Below are positions 20,628 to 29,251 of a stretch of 64,000 nucleotides of DNA, in pieces. Source of the stretch: Candidatus Microgenomates bacterium (lineage in GTDB: Bacteria > Patescibacteriota > Microgenomatia > JACQLA01); contig JACQLA010000003.1 in NCBI GenBank assembly GCA_016204255.1, positions 184,088 to 248,087 of the forward strand, read 5' to 3'. The notes under the pieces are model-generated. The model had not been told where the DNA came from and searched no databases. It saw nothing but the letters and a program-made list of their open reading frames with translations. The translations under genes were made by a program, and so were the position numbers. Position 1 is the stretch's first letter. The number at the start of each line of letters is the position of its first letter.

Positions 20628-20663
20628 CTCATTTATTCCCCGAGTGGAAGGCATCGTGGACTT
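20625..20663. repeat. Direct repeat copy 1 (39-bp perfect core, taactcatttattccccgagtggaaggcatcgtggactt). Orphan copy of the recombinase 3' end.
   Basis: Identical to 21358..21396. Imperfect similarity continues for about 20 more nt (…ttatttgtta…). Confidence 0.9.
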
Positions 20664-20739
20664 TTCGCAGTTATTTGTTAATAATACTAGATCTTCAGAT
20701 AATTTGCCTATACTCTATTTAAAATAGTAAAATACGCCT

Positions 20740-21360
20740 ATGGGTAGCAAGGAAGAAAGACAACAGAATCGAGGAGAAAAAAAGCCAATTGGAAAGTGGA
20801 CAACAGAATGGGAGCCAGGATTGGATGTGGAACTACCCATAAAGGGTGACGATATACAGGGTTTCTCCGGTTGGGCCTCGTGGGTTTGTTTCGGTGAGCA
20901 CCATCTGGGATTTGACTTTGCCGTCTATATTGATGAAAAAGGGAATCAGATTGAAGGTCTTCCAAAAGATACCCCTGTAAGAGCTATTGCGGACGGCACG
21001 GTAGTAATGGTTGATAACTGGGATAATTTCCTTGAGGATCCATATTATAACTTTATTAGTATCAGACACGGCCATAATGAGGCAGGACCATCTTCAGAAT
21101 ATATCCATATCATATCTTTAGTTAAGATGGGCCAACTTGTTAAAAAGGGAGAGGTCATAGGAAAAGTGTGGGAAGCTGAAGATCCGGAAGAAAGAAAAGA
21201 ACATCCGGCCCCACACCTACATCTTTCCTTAGCCAATGGTCGCGTGGAAACAGACGAACCATTAGATTTAGGAGAGGTGGATCCTGTTAAAGTCTTCCCA
21301 GAGTTGGGGAAGATTCCGCAATTTATTGAACCAGACGATGATGAGTTAACTGTAATCTAA
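20740..21360 (+). CDS. M23-family (LytM-type) zinc metallopeptidase, no signal peptide
   Basis: HHLGFDFA (HxxxD), VRAIADGTVV, IRHGHN and PHLHLSL (HxH) motifs. 206 aa. Flanked by the 39-bp direct repeats. Confidence 0.7.
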   Translation: MGSKEERQQNRGEKKPIGKWTTEWEPGLDVELPIKGDDIQGFSGWASWVCFGEHHLGFDFAVYIDEKGNQIEGLPKDTPVRAIADGTVVMVDNWDNFLEDPYYNFISIRHGHNEAGPSSEYIHIISLVKMGQLVKKGEVIGKVWEAEDPEERKEHPAPHLHLSLANGRVETDEPLDLGEVDPVKVFPELGKIPQFIEPDDDELTVI

Positions 21361-21396
21361 CTCATTTATTCCCCGAGTGGAAGGCATCGTGGACTT
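21358..21396. repeat. Direct repeat copy 2. Overlaps the last 11 codons plus stop of the recombinase gene on the minus strand.
   Basis: Reverse complement encodes [11 protein letters not shown], which is the C-terminus of the 21362..22282 ORF. Confidence 0.9.
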
Positions 21397-22282
21397 CTTT
21401 TAATTGTTTATTTGTTACATGGGTATAAATCTGGGTGGTGGAAATATTTTTATGCCCTAGCATCTCCTGAACCGAACGCAAATCAGCCCCTTGAATTAAA
21501 AGATCGGTCGCGAATGAATGGCGCAGGCCATGGGGCGTAATTTTTACCGGTAGGCGACATTTTTTCGCGTACTTTTCCACCATTCTTTCAACTGAACGAG
21601 CAGTCAACCTCATCTGTTCGCCATCTTTTTCCTGTTCAACCTTGCCTGAATAACGGATAAACAACGGCTTGAAATTGTCTTCTCTTTTTCCCAGATATCT
21701 TTTAAGCCAATCAACCGCCGAATGAGACAAGAAAACCACCCGGCTTCGTCCTCCCTTGCCGATCACCCCAAACTCCCGGCGTTCCAAATTAATATGATCG
21801 CGGTTTAGTTTTACAAGTTCGGAGACACGAAGACCGGTGGAAAAAAGTGTTTCCAAAATCGCCTTATCACGTAAACCTTGCGGGGTTGAGATTTCCGGTG
21901 AGTTTAAAAGCCTTCCTACTTGTTCATTATCTAAAAACTTAAGCGAACGACTCTCAGCTTTGGGCAAATCAATTTTTTCGGGTGATAAAACTTTATAATC
22001 TCGCTTTGCTAGATATCTTAAAAAAGCCCGCAGGGCAATGACATAATAATTTTGCGTAATTCGCTTTAAGGGTGCCGGCTCGGCAACGTGAGCTAAATAA
22101 AGCCGGTAACGGCGCACAAGCTCAAGATTTATTTCCTCCGGTTTTTCGATAGGGGAGTTGGCTTTAACCCAAGCAGCAAACCTTTCTAAATAGTGCCGAT
22201 AATCTCGAATCGTTAAAGGAGAGCAATTCTTTTCAATTTCTAAATATTCTAAAAATTCATTAATTAATTTTTCTAAATTCAT
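21362..22282 (-). CDS. Tyrosine site-specific recombinase, XerC/XerD-like
   Basis: N-terminal SAM-like domain ([26 protein letters not shown]). C-terminal catalytic [39 protein letters not shown] with the catalytic Tyr. Confidence 0.85.
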   Translation of the reverse strand: MNLEKLINEFLEYLEIEKNCSPLTIRDYRHYLERFAAWVKANSPIEKPEEINLELVRRYRLYLAHVAEPAPLKRITQNYYVIALRAFLRYLAKRDYKVLSPEKIDLPKAESRSLKFLDNEQVGRLLNSPEISTPQGLRDKAILETLFSTGLRVSELVKLNRDHINLERREFGVIGKGGRSRVVFLSHSAVDWLKRYLGKREDNFKPLFIRYSGKVEQEKDGEQMRLTARSVERMVEKYAKKCRLPVKITPHGLRHSFATDLLIQGADLRSVQEMLGHKNISTTQIYTHVTNKQLKEVHDAFHSGNK

Positions 22283-22465
22283 AGGGTAGGGTAGTAGAGT
22301 CGTAAAATTTAATCTCTTTTTTCATTTTACGACATCATAAGAAGTTGTCAATCCACAGATTCTTCAGTTTTCTCTAGATTGTGCGACATCAAATCATTTC
22401 TGGAGCCTCCTGTCAACATTTTGCTATTGACAATACCATTTAATTAAGATTTAATAATGTGAAGT

Positions 22466-22780
22466 ATGCCAAGTTTGAAAGAAAGCGTTAGAAATGTCTT
22501 AAACGCCATAAAGAAAAAAGAAGATCCAAAATCTTTACACGCTGACGAATCCGTCATGCCTCGCTATGAGGCCCATCGGGAAAAGATGCGGGAAGCCGCA
22601 AAAAATTTATTTTCGCGGACGGAACCACCACCAACATTAGGAGAGTTAAAAGAATATTTTAATTTGGCTCAGGGTTTACCTACTCCCACTTTTGATAACG
22701 CATACAAAGTTGCAAAAGAACGCAATGTCCCAGAATATCAGGAGGCCGTTGAAGAAACCCGTCGCTTATTAAACCGTTAA
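22466..22780 (+). CDS. Hypothetical protein
   Basis: 104-aa ORF, charged, no recognisable motif. Confidence 0.3.
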   Translation: MPSLKESVRNVLNAIKKKEDPKSLHADESVMPRYEAHREKMREAAKNLFSRTEPPPTLGELKEYFNLAQGLPTPTFDNAYKVAKERNVPEYQEAVEETRRLLNR

Positions 22781-22818
22781 AAATTCCGTTATGGTCGGCG
22801 CGAGATTCGATATAACTT

Positions 22819-23247
22819 ATGTATCCAAAAGAGTGCGCAGGTTGTCTTTTCCTTAGTAAAATTTTCAGATATGATGGCAACCCGCCCGAGGACGTCATCC
22901 TGAGTCTATCCCCAGAGGATCGCCGAGCATTCTTAAAAGATCTACGCGATGAAAACTCTTGGCGAGAGCTTGACTGTTGTGAAGCCATCCCACATCCTTT
23001 ACCACCACCTGAAATTGACCTAGCAGGAAAATCTGGAGAGATATTGTTTCCCCAAGCTTGCCCCAACGAAGGTCCAATTACCATTTTGCCAGTAAATAAT
23101 GCCGAATTGATGGATCTTGTTGATCATTTAAATGCGGCTCCGGCACGACAAAAAGGAAAAATAAGGATTGTGTTTGGAGTGAACGAGAAAACAGACAATG
23201 GCAATAGGCCCAGTGTTGAAGTTAAGGAAACCGTAGAAGTTTCCTAA
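22819..23247 (+). CDS. Hypothetical protein (Cys-containing)
   Basis: 142-aa ORF with no recognisable family. Confidence 0.3.
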   Translation: MYPKECAGCLFLSKIFRYDGNPPEDVILSLSPEDRRAFLKDLRDENSWRELDCCEAIPHPLPPPEIDLAGKSGEILFPQACPNEGPITILPVNNAELMDLVDHLNAAPARQKGKIRIVFGVNEKTDNGNRPSVEVKETVEVS

Positions 23248-23250
23248 TCC

Positions 23251-23718
23251 TTAATCAATCTCTCCTGTGGGAATGTCCATATCGGCTAAATAATATCCGG
23301 CGCCACGGACTGTGATTATAATCTGCGGCTCTTTTGGATCCGGTTCAATTTTTTTCCGGAGATAACTGACATAAGTCTTTGCATGCTTTGTGCTATATTC
23401 CGGACCGAAGACCCGATTTGTTAATGTCCGTGCCGATATAATCATATTGCGAAACTCCCAAAAAAGCAGCAGCATTTTATTTTCATTCGGCGATAGTTTT
23501 TTGTGCTTTCCGCCAACAAAAACTTGGGACTTATCGGCATCATAAGTAAATAGTTCATGTTTAAATGCTCGCGGCTGAGATCCTAACCTTGCTTCGACAT
23601 CATCAGGAAGTTTCTCCGGTAAATCGTGTCGTTGCGGAAGACCTCTTAAATCTTCGGCGGCTGCTTTATATCCTGCCTGATACAATCTTCGTGCTAGCCC
23701 TTCAACATCGTTTACCAT
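23251..23718 (-). CDS. Orphan OmpR/PhoB-type winged-helix DNA-binding protein (trans_reg_C domain only, no receiver domain)
   Basis: The C-terminal 90 aa (LSPNENKMLLLFWEF..RTLTNRVFG..YVSYLRKKIE..ITVRGAGYYL) match the OmpR effector domain. The N-terminal 65 aa are unrelated to REC. Confidence 0.6.
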   Translation of the reverse strand: MVNDVEGLARRLYQAGYKAAAEDLRGLPQRHDLPEKLPDDVEARLGSQPRAFKHELFTYDADKSQVFVGGKHKKLSPNENKMLLLFWEFRNMIISARTLTNRVFGPEYSTKHAKTYVSYLRKKIEPDPKEPQIIITVRGAGYYLADMDIPTGEID

Positions 23719-25179
23719 AAAATCGGCTTATTATACATCGTTAGTTATTAAAATTTTAGTTTTGGGCTTTAGAGCAAGCCGTATATTCTACGAGCTCGCT
23801 AAATGCCCTAGAAGGGCTTTTAAAAGACTGAAAGCACTAAGTAGTCGTCTTCTAGGCCTCTTTAAAGATCAAAAAAATCTTTTTTCGGAAAAATTTTATT
23901 AAAACCTATAGTAGAGAAGGGGAGTCGCAAATATAAACGGTGGCAACAGAAACCATCTCCCCTGGCATAAAAATAAACCGGAGAATCGAGCCTTTCCCCT
24001 ATAAGTTGCATTTATATTGGTTTTAGGCCAATGCAAGGCTCCAAATCTGATAGTTAACCATACGGAAACCATATTTTAAAAAGATTTCCTAAAATTTAGG
24101 CAGGATTGGGTAAAGAAAGGGAATTTAAGGCCTTTATATGGTTGGAATTTAGAAAAAAGCTGTAAACTTTATTAGAAGTTAAAAAATACACCCCTTCCCC
24201 AAGCGATACTGCTTGGCGTCGCAAAAGTATTATTGTGCGACATTATAGGAAACTCGCTCCTCCCGGGAAAGGAGCCCCAAAAACCTCTCTCTATGCGAGC
24301 TATAAAATCCGATCATTATTAAAAGACGTGTCCTGTTGCCTTGAGATTATCCCGGGGAGTATACTCTTCCATTTAGATAGACTAACAATCAAACTGAACC
24401 TACATATCTTAATTCAGAGTGCGTTAAAACCGTTAATGAATTGAGGCCGGCAAGAGCATCACCTGCTTCTGACCCCGTATTAAATAATAAATATCGCATT
24501 ACAACGCTCTAGAAGTCCAATTTCGAGGCCATTTCATCAACCATTTTTGGGTTTTTTATGGTTTATGTTCTACTTAGGTAACAAATTGGGGCATCACATA
24601 ATAGCGGGCCAAACTCTCAATTTAGAGCCTAAGAAATAGTGTGGACTTTATAACAAAAAAGCCCTTCTCCTCAAGGAAAAAGAAGCAAATCCCTTAAAAC
24701 GATGTCGCAATATATCAAACGATTTAAGGCTTTATGACGTTCTAAAGTCTTATTTTTGTGGCTAATTTTTGGAGAATTATCGACCTTGATAGAATTTGGG
24801 GCGTAGTAATGCGCTAAAGTTTTATTTTTGTGCGCAAATAATGTGTTCAATCAAGGGAGGCAGTAGAAGTGAGAAAAGCCATAAAAGCACTCTTCTTCCC
24901 AAGTCGCTAATCTATGGCGTGAAAAGACTTATAGTATTTGTGTGAAAACTTATCCACAGTATTTACTATAGGACTATTATAGGCTTTAGTATCAAACTGT
25001 ATCACCCCCTCCTCCTCCCCTTTTTACTCGTTTTATTTAAAAAAATTGCAGTCGACAATAAAAACATTTTTAAAACAAATCCGCAAATGGTGATTTTAAA
25101 AAGCGGAAGGAAATAAATTGTTAGAGGGAAAAAATGAGATACTCTTCTCTCCCCTGTTTTCCAATAAACGTAAGAAAAA
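23719..25179. other. 1.46-kb ORF-free AT-rich region (no ORF of 70 aa or more on either strand)
   Basis: Stops in all six frames. It contains a 20/22-nt direct repeat (ctaaagt(c/t)ttatttttgtg, 79 nt apart) and several short hairpins. Density elsewhere in the window exceeds 90% coding. Confidence 0.6.
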
Positions 25180-25989
25180 TTATGTTCCCCATTTTGTGCT
25201 AATAAGTAAGATAAGAAAAACAATTACAGGAACCACAAAAAATTCAAGAATTGTTTTTTTAAATAGCCGACCCGTTAGATACTGCTGCCCTACTCCAAGA
25301 AGAGCATAAAACATCCCAATTAAAAATAACGTATAAAGAGAAATATTTAGTGGCCAGAAAGAAAGCATTAGGGCTATTTCTGATAAAATTAGTGCAATCG
25401 AAAAACTATAAATAGCTACCGGCTCTGTAATCCCCTCCTCAAGCTTTACCGCCCATAGGGCCTGAAAAACTAAAGGCAGTGAAATTATAAAAACCCCAAA
25501 AAAAATTCCCCAATAAGCTAAATGAAAGGAAAAAAGAGATTGAAAAAGCAAGAAAGCGGTAACTAGGGTAATCAAAAATCCCACGGCATGAGCCGCCCTT
25601 AAAAGTTGGATTGTACGAATAGCCGCAACATTATAAATATTTTCGGTTAATAAAAGCGCGTACATCCCTATTGCATAAAGAGTGGCCACTGGAAGTCTTG
25701 TAATCCATCTTACGGGCAGTAAAAAATAAAACAGGCCAACCGCCAACGTATACATCGCGGGTAAAACCAGTAAGGTTATCCATTCAATTCCCGAAAGATC
25801 TTCCCGCAGGGCAAAGGCGGTAAGAAAATAAGCGGCAATGGCTAATATTCCAACGACTAAAAATCTTGATTCTGATTCTAAAACTTGCGTAACAATCAAG
25901 CCGGAAGTTAAAAAAGCAGTTACTAATACGAATATCTGCCGCTTGGAGATACTTATCTTTGGAAGTTTCCATTTTTTATTGGTTTTCAT
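25180..25989 (-). CDS. Polytopic integral membrane protein, unknown function
   Basis: 269 aa, about 8 hydrophobic segments. 4-nt overlap with ruvC. Confidence 0.5.
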   Translation of the reverse strand: MKTNKKWKLPKISISKRQIFVLVTAFLTSGLIVTQVLESESRFLVVGILAIAAYFLTAFALREDLSGIEWITLLVLPAMYTLAVGLFYFLLPVRWITRLPVATLYAIGMYALLLTENIYNVAAIRTIQLLRAAHAVGFLITLVTAFLLFQSLFSFHLAYWGIFFGVFIISLPLVFQALWAVKLEEGITEPVAIYSFSIALILSEIALMLSFWPLNISLYTLFLIGMFYALLGVGQQYLTGRLFKKTILEFFVVPVIVFLILLISTKWGT

Positions 25990-26489
25990 AAACTCCGGGC
26001 GTGATAAATGGCCATCGCTAGGGCATCGGCAGCATGTTGCGGTTTTGGAGAGTCTTTTAAATTTAACATTATTTTTACTTTCTCTTGGACAAGATTTTTC
26101 TCGGCTCGGCCATTACCTGTCAACCCAAGCTTAACTTTTAGGCCCTGGTATTCAAAAACAGGCATTTGGGCCTCAGCTATAGTTACAATTAGTACTCCCC
26201 TTGCCTGAGAAACCATCATCGCGGTTTTAGAATTTTGTCCAAAAAAAAGTTGCTCAACGGCTGCTTGATCGGGCTTGTGCTTTTTAATCACATCCCCCAG
26301 TTGTTCTTTTAAGAGCAGTAGTCGTTTGGGAATAGTGTGATCAACTAAAGTTTTGATACAACCGTAACTCACTAAAGTTAATTGATTGCCAAGTTTTTCT
26401 TTTTTACTTTTTGACGGTTTTTCCTCCTCAATACAAATAATTCCCCACCCGGTCTCCGCCATTCCTGGATCAATCCCCAAAATCAGCAT
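25986..26489 (-). CDS. ruvC: Holliday junction resolvase RuvC
   Basis: MLILGIDPGMAETGWGII N-terminus, RNase H-like fold, 167 aa. Confidence 0.85.
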   Translation of the reverse strand: MLILGIDPGMAETGWGIICIEEEKPSKSKKEKLGNQLTLVSYGCIKTLVDHTIPKRLLLLKEQLGDVIKKHKPDQAAVEQLFFGQNSKTAMMVSQARGVLIVTIAEAQMPVFEYQGLKVKLGLTGNGRAEKNLVQEKVKIMLNLKDSPKPQHAADALAMAIYHARSL

Positions 26490-26549
26490 TTTTCTATACT
26501 AACACGCTTTTTGCTTTTCTTCAATTCAGGGAACGATTTAATCTTAAGA

Positions 26550-27293
26550 CTAACTAAGGAGTTCGTCGGGGATGTCGAAGTTTGCAAAAACTCGCTGAAC
26601 ATCATCTAAATTTTCCAGTTTCTCAATAAATGCAAGAATTTTTTGCGCCATTTGAGGATCGGTTACAGCAACCGTTGTCTGCGGTTTCATCTCCAGCTCC
26701 GCTGAAGATACATCCAAACCCTTCTCTTTTACGGCTTCTTTAACCCTATTTAAATCCTCTGGTTTAGTATAAATTTCCACAGTTTCTGTCGTTTCTTCAA
26801 CGTCTTGTGCACCGGAGTCGATGGCCACAAGCATAATATCATCGGCATTCTTTTCTTTTTTGGGAACAGAAATTTGTCCTACTGATTCAAAAAGATAGGA
26901 GACGGAGCCCTTACTCCCCAAAACCCCGCCTTCCCGATCAAAAATATTCCTAATCTCGCCTGCGGTTCTTTGCTTGTTATCAGTGGCCACCTCAACCATC
27001 ACCGCGACTTTTCCCGGCCCGTATCCTTCATAAACTGCCTCCTCTAAGTCTCCTCCTTCTTTTCCCGATGCCCGACGTATCGCCCGCTCGATATTTTCCT
27101 TAGGCATATTTGACTGGCGTGCCTTCTCAATCGCCAGACGCAATCGAAAGTTAGCATCGGGGTCTGCTATTCCCCCGCCCTGACGCACTGCAATGGTAAT
27201 TGCGTTTGCAAGTTTTGTGAAGGCTTGTCCGCGTTTAATATCGGCTGTCCCTTTTTGTCTTTTAATTTGAGCCCACTTTGAATGTCCGGACAT
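26550..27293 (-). CDS. YebC/PmpR-family transcriptional regulator
   Basis: MSGHSKWAQIKRQKGTADIKRGQAFTKL signature. 247 aa. Confidence 0.9.
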   Translation of the reverse strand: MSGHSKWAQIKRQKGTADIKRGQAFTKLANAITIAVRQGGGIADPDANFRLRLAIEKARQSNMPKENIERAIRRASGKEGGDLEEAVYEGYGPGKVAVMVEVATDNKQRTAGEIRNIFDREGGVLGSKGSVSYLFESVGQISVPKKEKNADDIMLVAIDSGAQDVEETTETVEIYTKPEDLNRVKEAVKEKGLDVSSAELEMKPQTTVAVTDPQMAQKILAFIEKLENLDDVQRVFANFDIPDELLS

Positions 27294-27416
27294 AATATAT
27301 TATTTTATCAAAAATTCTCTTACATTTCATCTTCAGATAAATCAGCAGATGGAATTAGTTAATAATTTTTATCGCATTCTATCAATCTAAAACTTCCTAA
27401 AACCATCACCGGGTCT

Positions 27417-27445
27417 TGACAAATTTTGTGAAAGACTTATACTAA
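27417..27445 (+). promoter_or_regulatory. Sigma-70-like promoter (TTGACA-17-ATACTA) for the TPR gene
   Basis: Consensus -35 and a good -10, about 60 nt upstream of the 27504 start. Confidence 0.45.
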
Positions 27446-27503
27446 ATTTCGAGTTTTTGGCAAGAAAAATTTCCATGAGAAAAAGTTCCTTTTCATCAAA
27501 AAT

Positions 27504-28229
27504 ATGCCCAATTTAGCCTCCGAAGCCACGAAAGCTGCTCTAACCGGAGACTGGAAAAAGGCGATTGAAGTAAATACTGAAATCCTTTCTCAAAATCCCG
27601 AAGACATCAATGCTCTTAATCGATTAGCTCATGCCTATTTTTCTTGCGGTAAAAGATCTGAGGCCTGTAAAACTTATCGTAAGGTCTTAAGCATTGATCC
27701 CTATAATTTAATCGCCCAAAAGAATCTGCGCAAAGCAAGTCCTATGGCCGATGAGGAAACTCAAGCTTCTCAGTTATCGTCTACGCTTTGCTTGTTTATT
27801 GAGGAACCCGGAAAAACCAAGATTGCCGATTTAATCAATCCTGCCCCCCAGAAAATTCTTGCCACTCTTTCCCCTGGTCACCCCGTGGAATTGATCATCA
27901 AAAAACATTCCGTGGCAATTTTTCGCAATGGTGACTACTTAGGCGCATTACCGGACGATTTATCTCACCGCTTAATTAATCTCACAAGGGCAGGAAATAA
28001 ATACCAGGCTTTTGTTAAAGCAGTCAAAAAAAACAATCTGCAAGTTTTTTTACAGGAAGTCAGAAGCAGTAAGCGGCTTCGTGGTCAACCATCCTTCCCT
28101 CAAGGTATAAATGATGATTTTTACCCGTTTGTCCAAAGCAAAACGGTTTTAGGATTTAAGCGTGAGTCAACGGAAGATTTGGATCAAGAGGATAGTGAAG
28201 TTACAGACGAGGAAAGTGAAGAAAATTAA
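27504..28229 (+). CDS. TPR-repeat protein with acidic C-terminal tail
   Basis: N-terminal TPR-like helices (WKKAIEVNTEIL..NALNRLAHAYF..). C-terminal EDLDQEDSEVTDEESEEN. Confidence 0.5.
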   Translation: MPNLASEATKAALTGDWKKAIEVNTEILSQNPEDINALNRLAHAYFSCGKRSEACKTYRKVLSIDPYNLIAQKNLRKASPMADEETQASQLSSTLCLFIEEPGKTKIADLINPAPQKILATLSPGHPVELIIKKHSVAIFRNGDYLGALPDDLSHRLINLTRAGNKYQAFVKAVKKNNLQVFLQEVRSSKRLRGQPSFPQGINDDFYPFVQSKTVLGFKRESTEDLDQEDSEVTDEESEEN

Positions 28230-29230
28230 AAGTTTTGATTTAGTTTCTCCCAATAACCTCTACCTATTATAAAAACGATATCCGCACGGCTTTCCTCCAC
28301 CCCCTCGCCCACTTTTTGACAGGAAAAAATTTCTGCAAGTCTTTGAACAGTTGCGCTTCCCAAGTTATTTTTTTTAGATTTTATTTGACACTGACCAATT
28401 TCGTTTTCCGCATTATCAATATTAATTACCTCTCCCCCCAAATTGGTAACTAGTCGTAAGGCATGGTTTCCTAAACCAGTCTCTCCGGTTGAATTAAGAA
28501 TTTCTATTTTCAGATGTTCGTTTTCAATTTTTGAGTCAACAAAAAAACCGGCAGTTTGGACATCAAGTTTTTCTAAATCGGGCACTCTTGCAACCATCCC
28601 TTCCCCCAAAGTTTCATCCACCAAAATACCGGATTGAGAAAGATCTAAAAAGACTATCTTATTAAATCGCAGGTCACGTAAAACCCACCACAGTTTAAGC
28701 CGATCCAAAATGGGTAAGTTAGTTTTCTTTGCCGTCAAGCTTTGAAAAAAATTTGAAACAAGCTCTCGGGAGATCGACCGAATTTCTTTTTTGACTGCGT
28801 CCTTCTCTTCTGAAAAAGAAATTTGCCGATTTCTTTTATCATCAAGTTTTATCCATCCATCAACCGGAGTGGCAAAAAATTCCTGCATCGCTTCAACCAT
28901 CAACTCCGAACCCTCGCCCTCCAAATCTCCCAGTTTATAAATTCCCTCCACGGGATAAGATCCGAAACCACGCGGAACTTCGATATATGTTTTTTCAGGA
29001 ATTGAGATTAGATTAAGATTTTTTTCCTCAGGATCCAAAGACAAAAGAACTGGAGAATCTTGAATTAAAACCAGATTCAGACGACTGTTGCCATCCCACC
29101 CGGAATGACGAATGGCCCCAAAGAATTTCCACCCCAAAAAGATAAAAGACAACAGTCCTATGATTAACAGAATAAGCGGAACTATCTTAAAATTTGCTCT
29201 TTTTTTATGTTTTTTCTTTTTATAAGTCAT
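28226..29230 (-). CDS. LytR-CpsA-Psr (LCP) family protein with N-terminal TM anchor and LytR_C-like C-terminal domain
   Basis: Basic N-terminus plus TM helix. The LNLVLIQDSP..DGWIKLDD LCP core. C-terminal EILNSTGETGLGNHALRL. Confidence 0.6.
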   Translation of the reverse strand: MTYKKKKHKKRANFKIVPLILLIIGLLSFIFLGWKFFGAIRHSGWDGNSRLNLVLIQDSPVLLSLDPEEKNLNLISIPEKTYIEVPRGFGSYPVEGIYKLGDLEGEGSELMVEAMQEFFATPVDGWIKLDDKRNRQISFSEEKDAVKKEIRSISRELVSNFFQSLTAKKTNLPILDRLKLWWVLRDLRFNKIVFLDLSQSGILVDETLGEGMVARVPDLEKLDVQTAGFFVDSKIENEHLKIEILNSTGETGLGNHALRLVTNLGGEVINIDNAENEIGQCQIKSKKNNLGSATVQRLAEIFSCQKVGEGVEESRADIVFIIGRGYWEKLNQNF

Positions 29231-29251
29231 GGACGGCAGGAAAAAATTAAA

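Noticed and set aside
23771-23800. Group II intron domain V-like hairpin (gagcaagccgtat...tacgagctc)
   Set aside because: Too short and mispaired relative to the 34-nt domain V consensus. No flanking intron-encoded protein or other domains.
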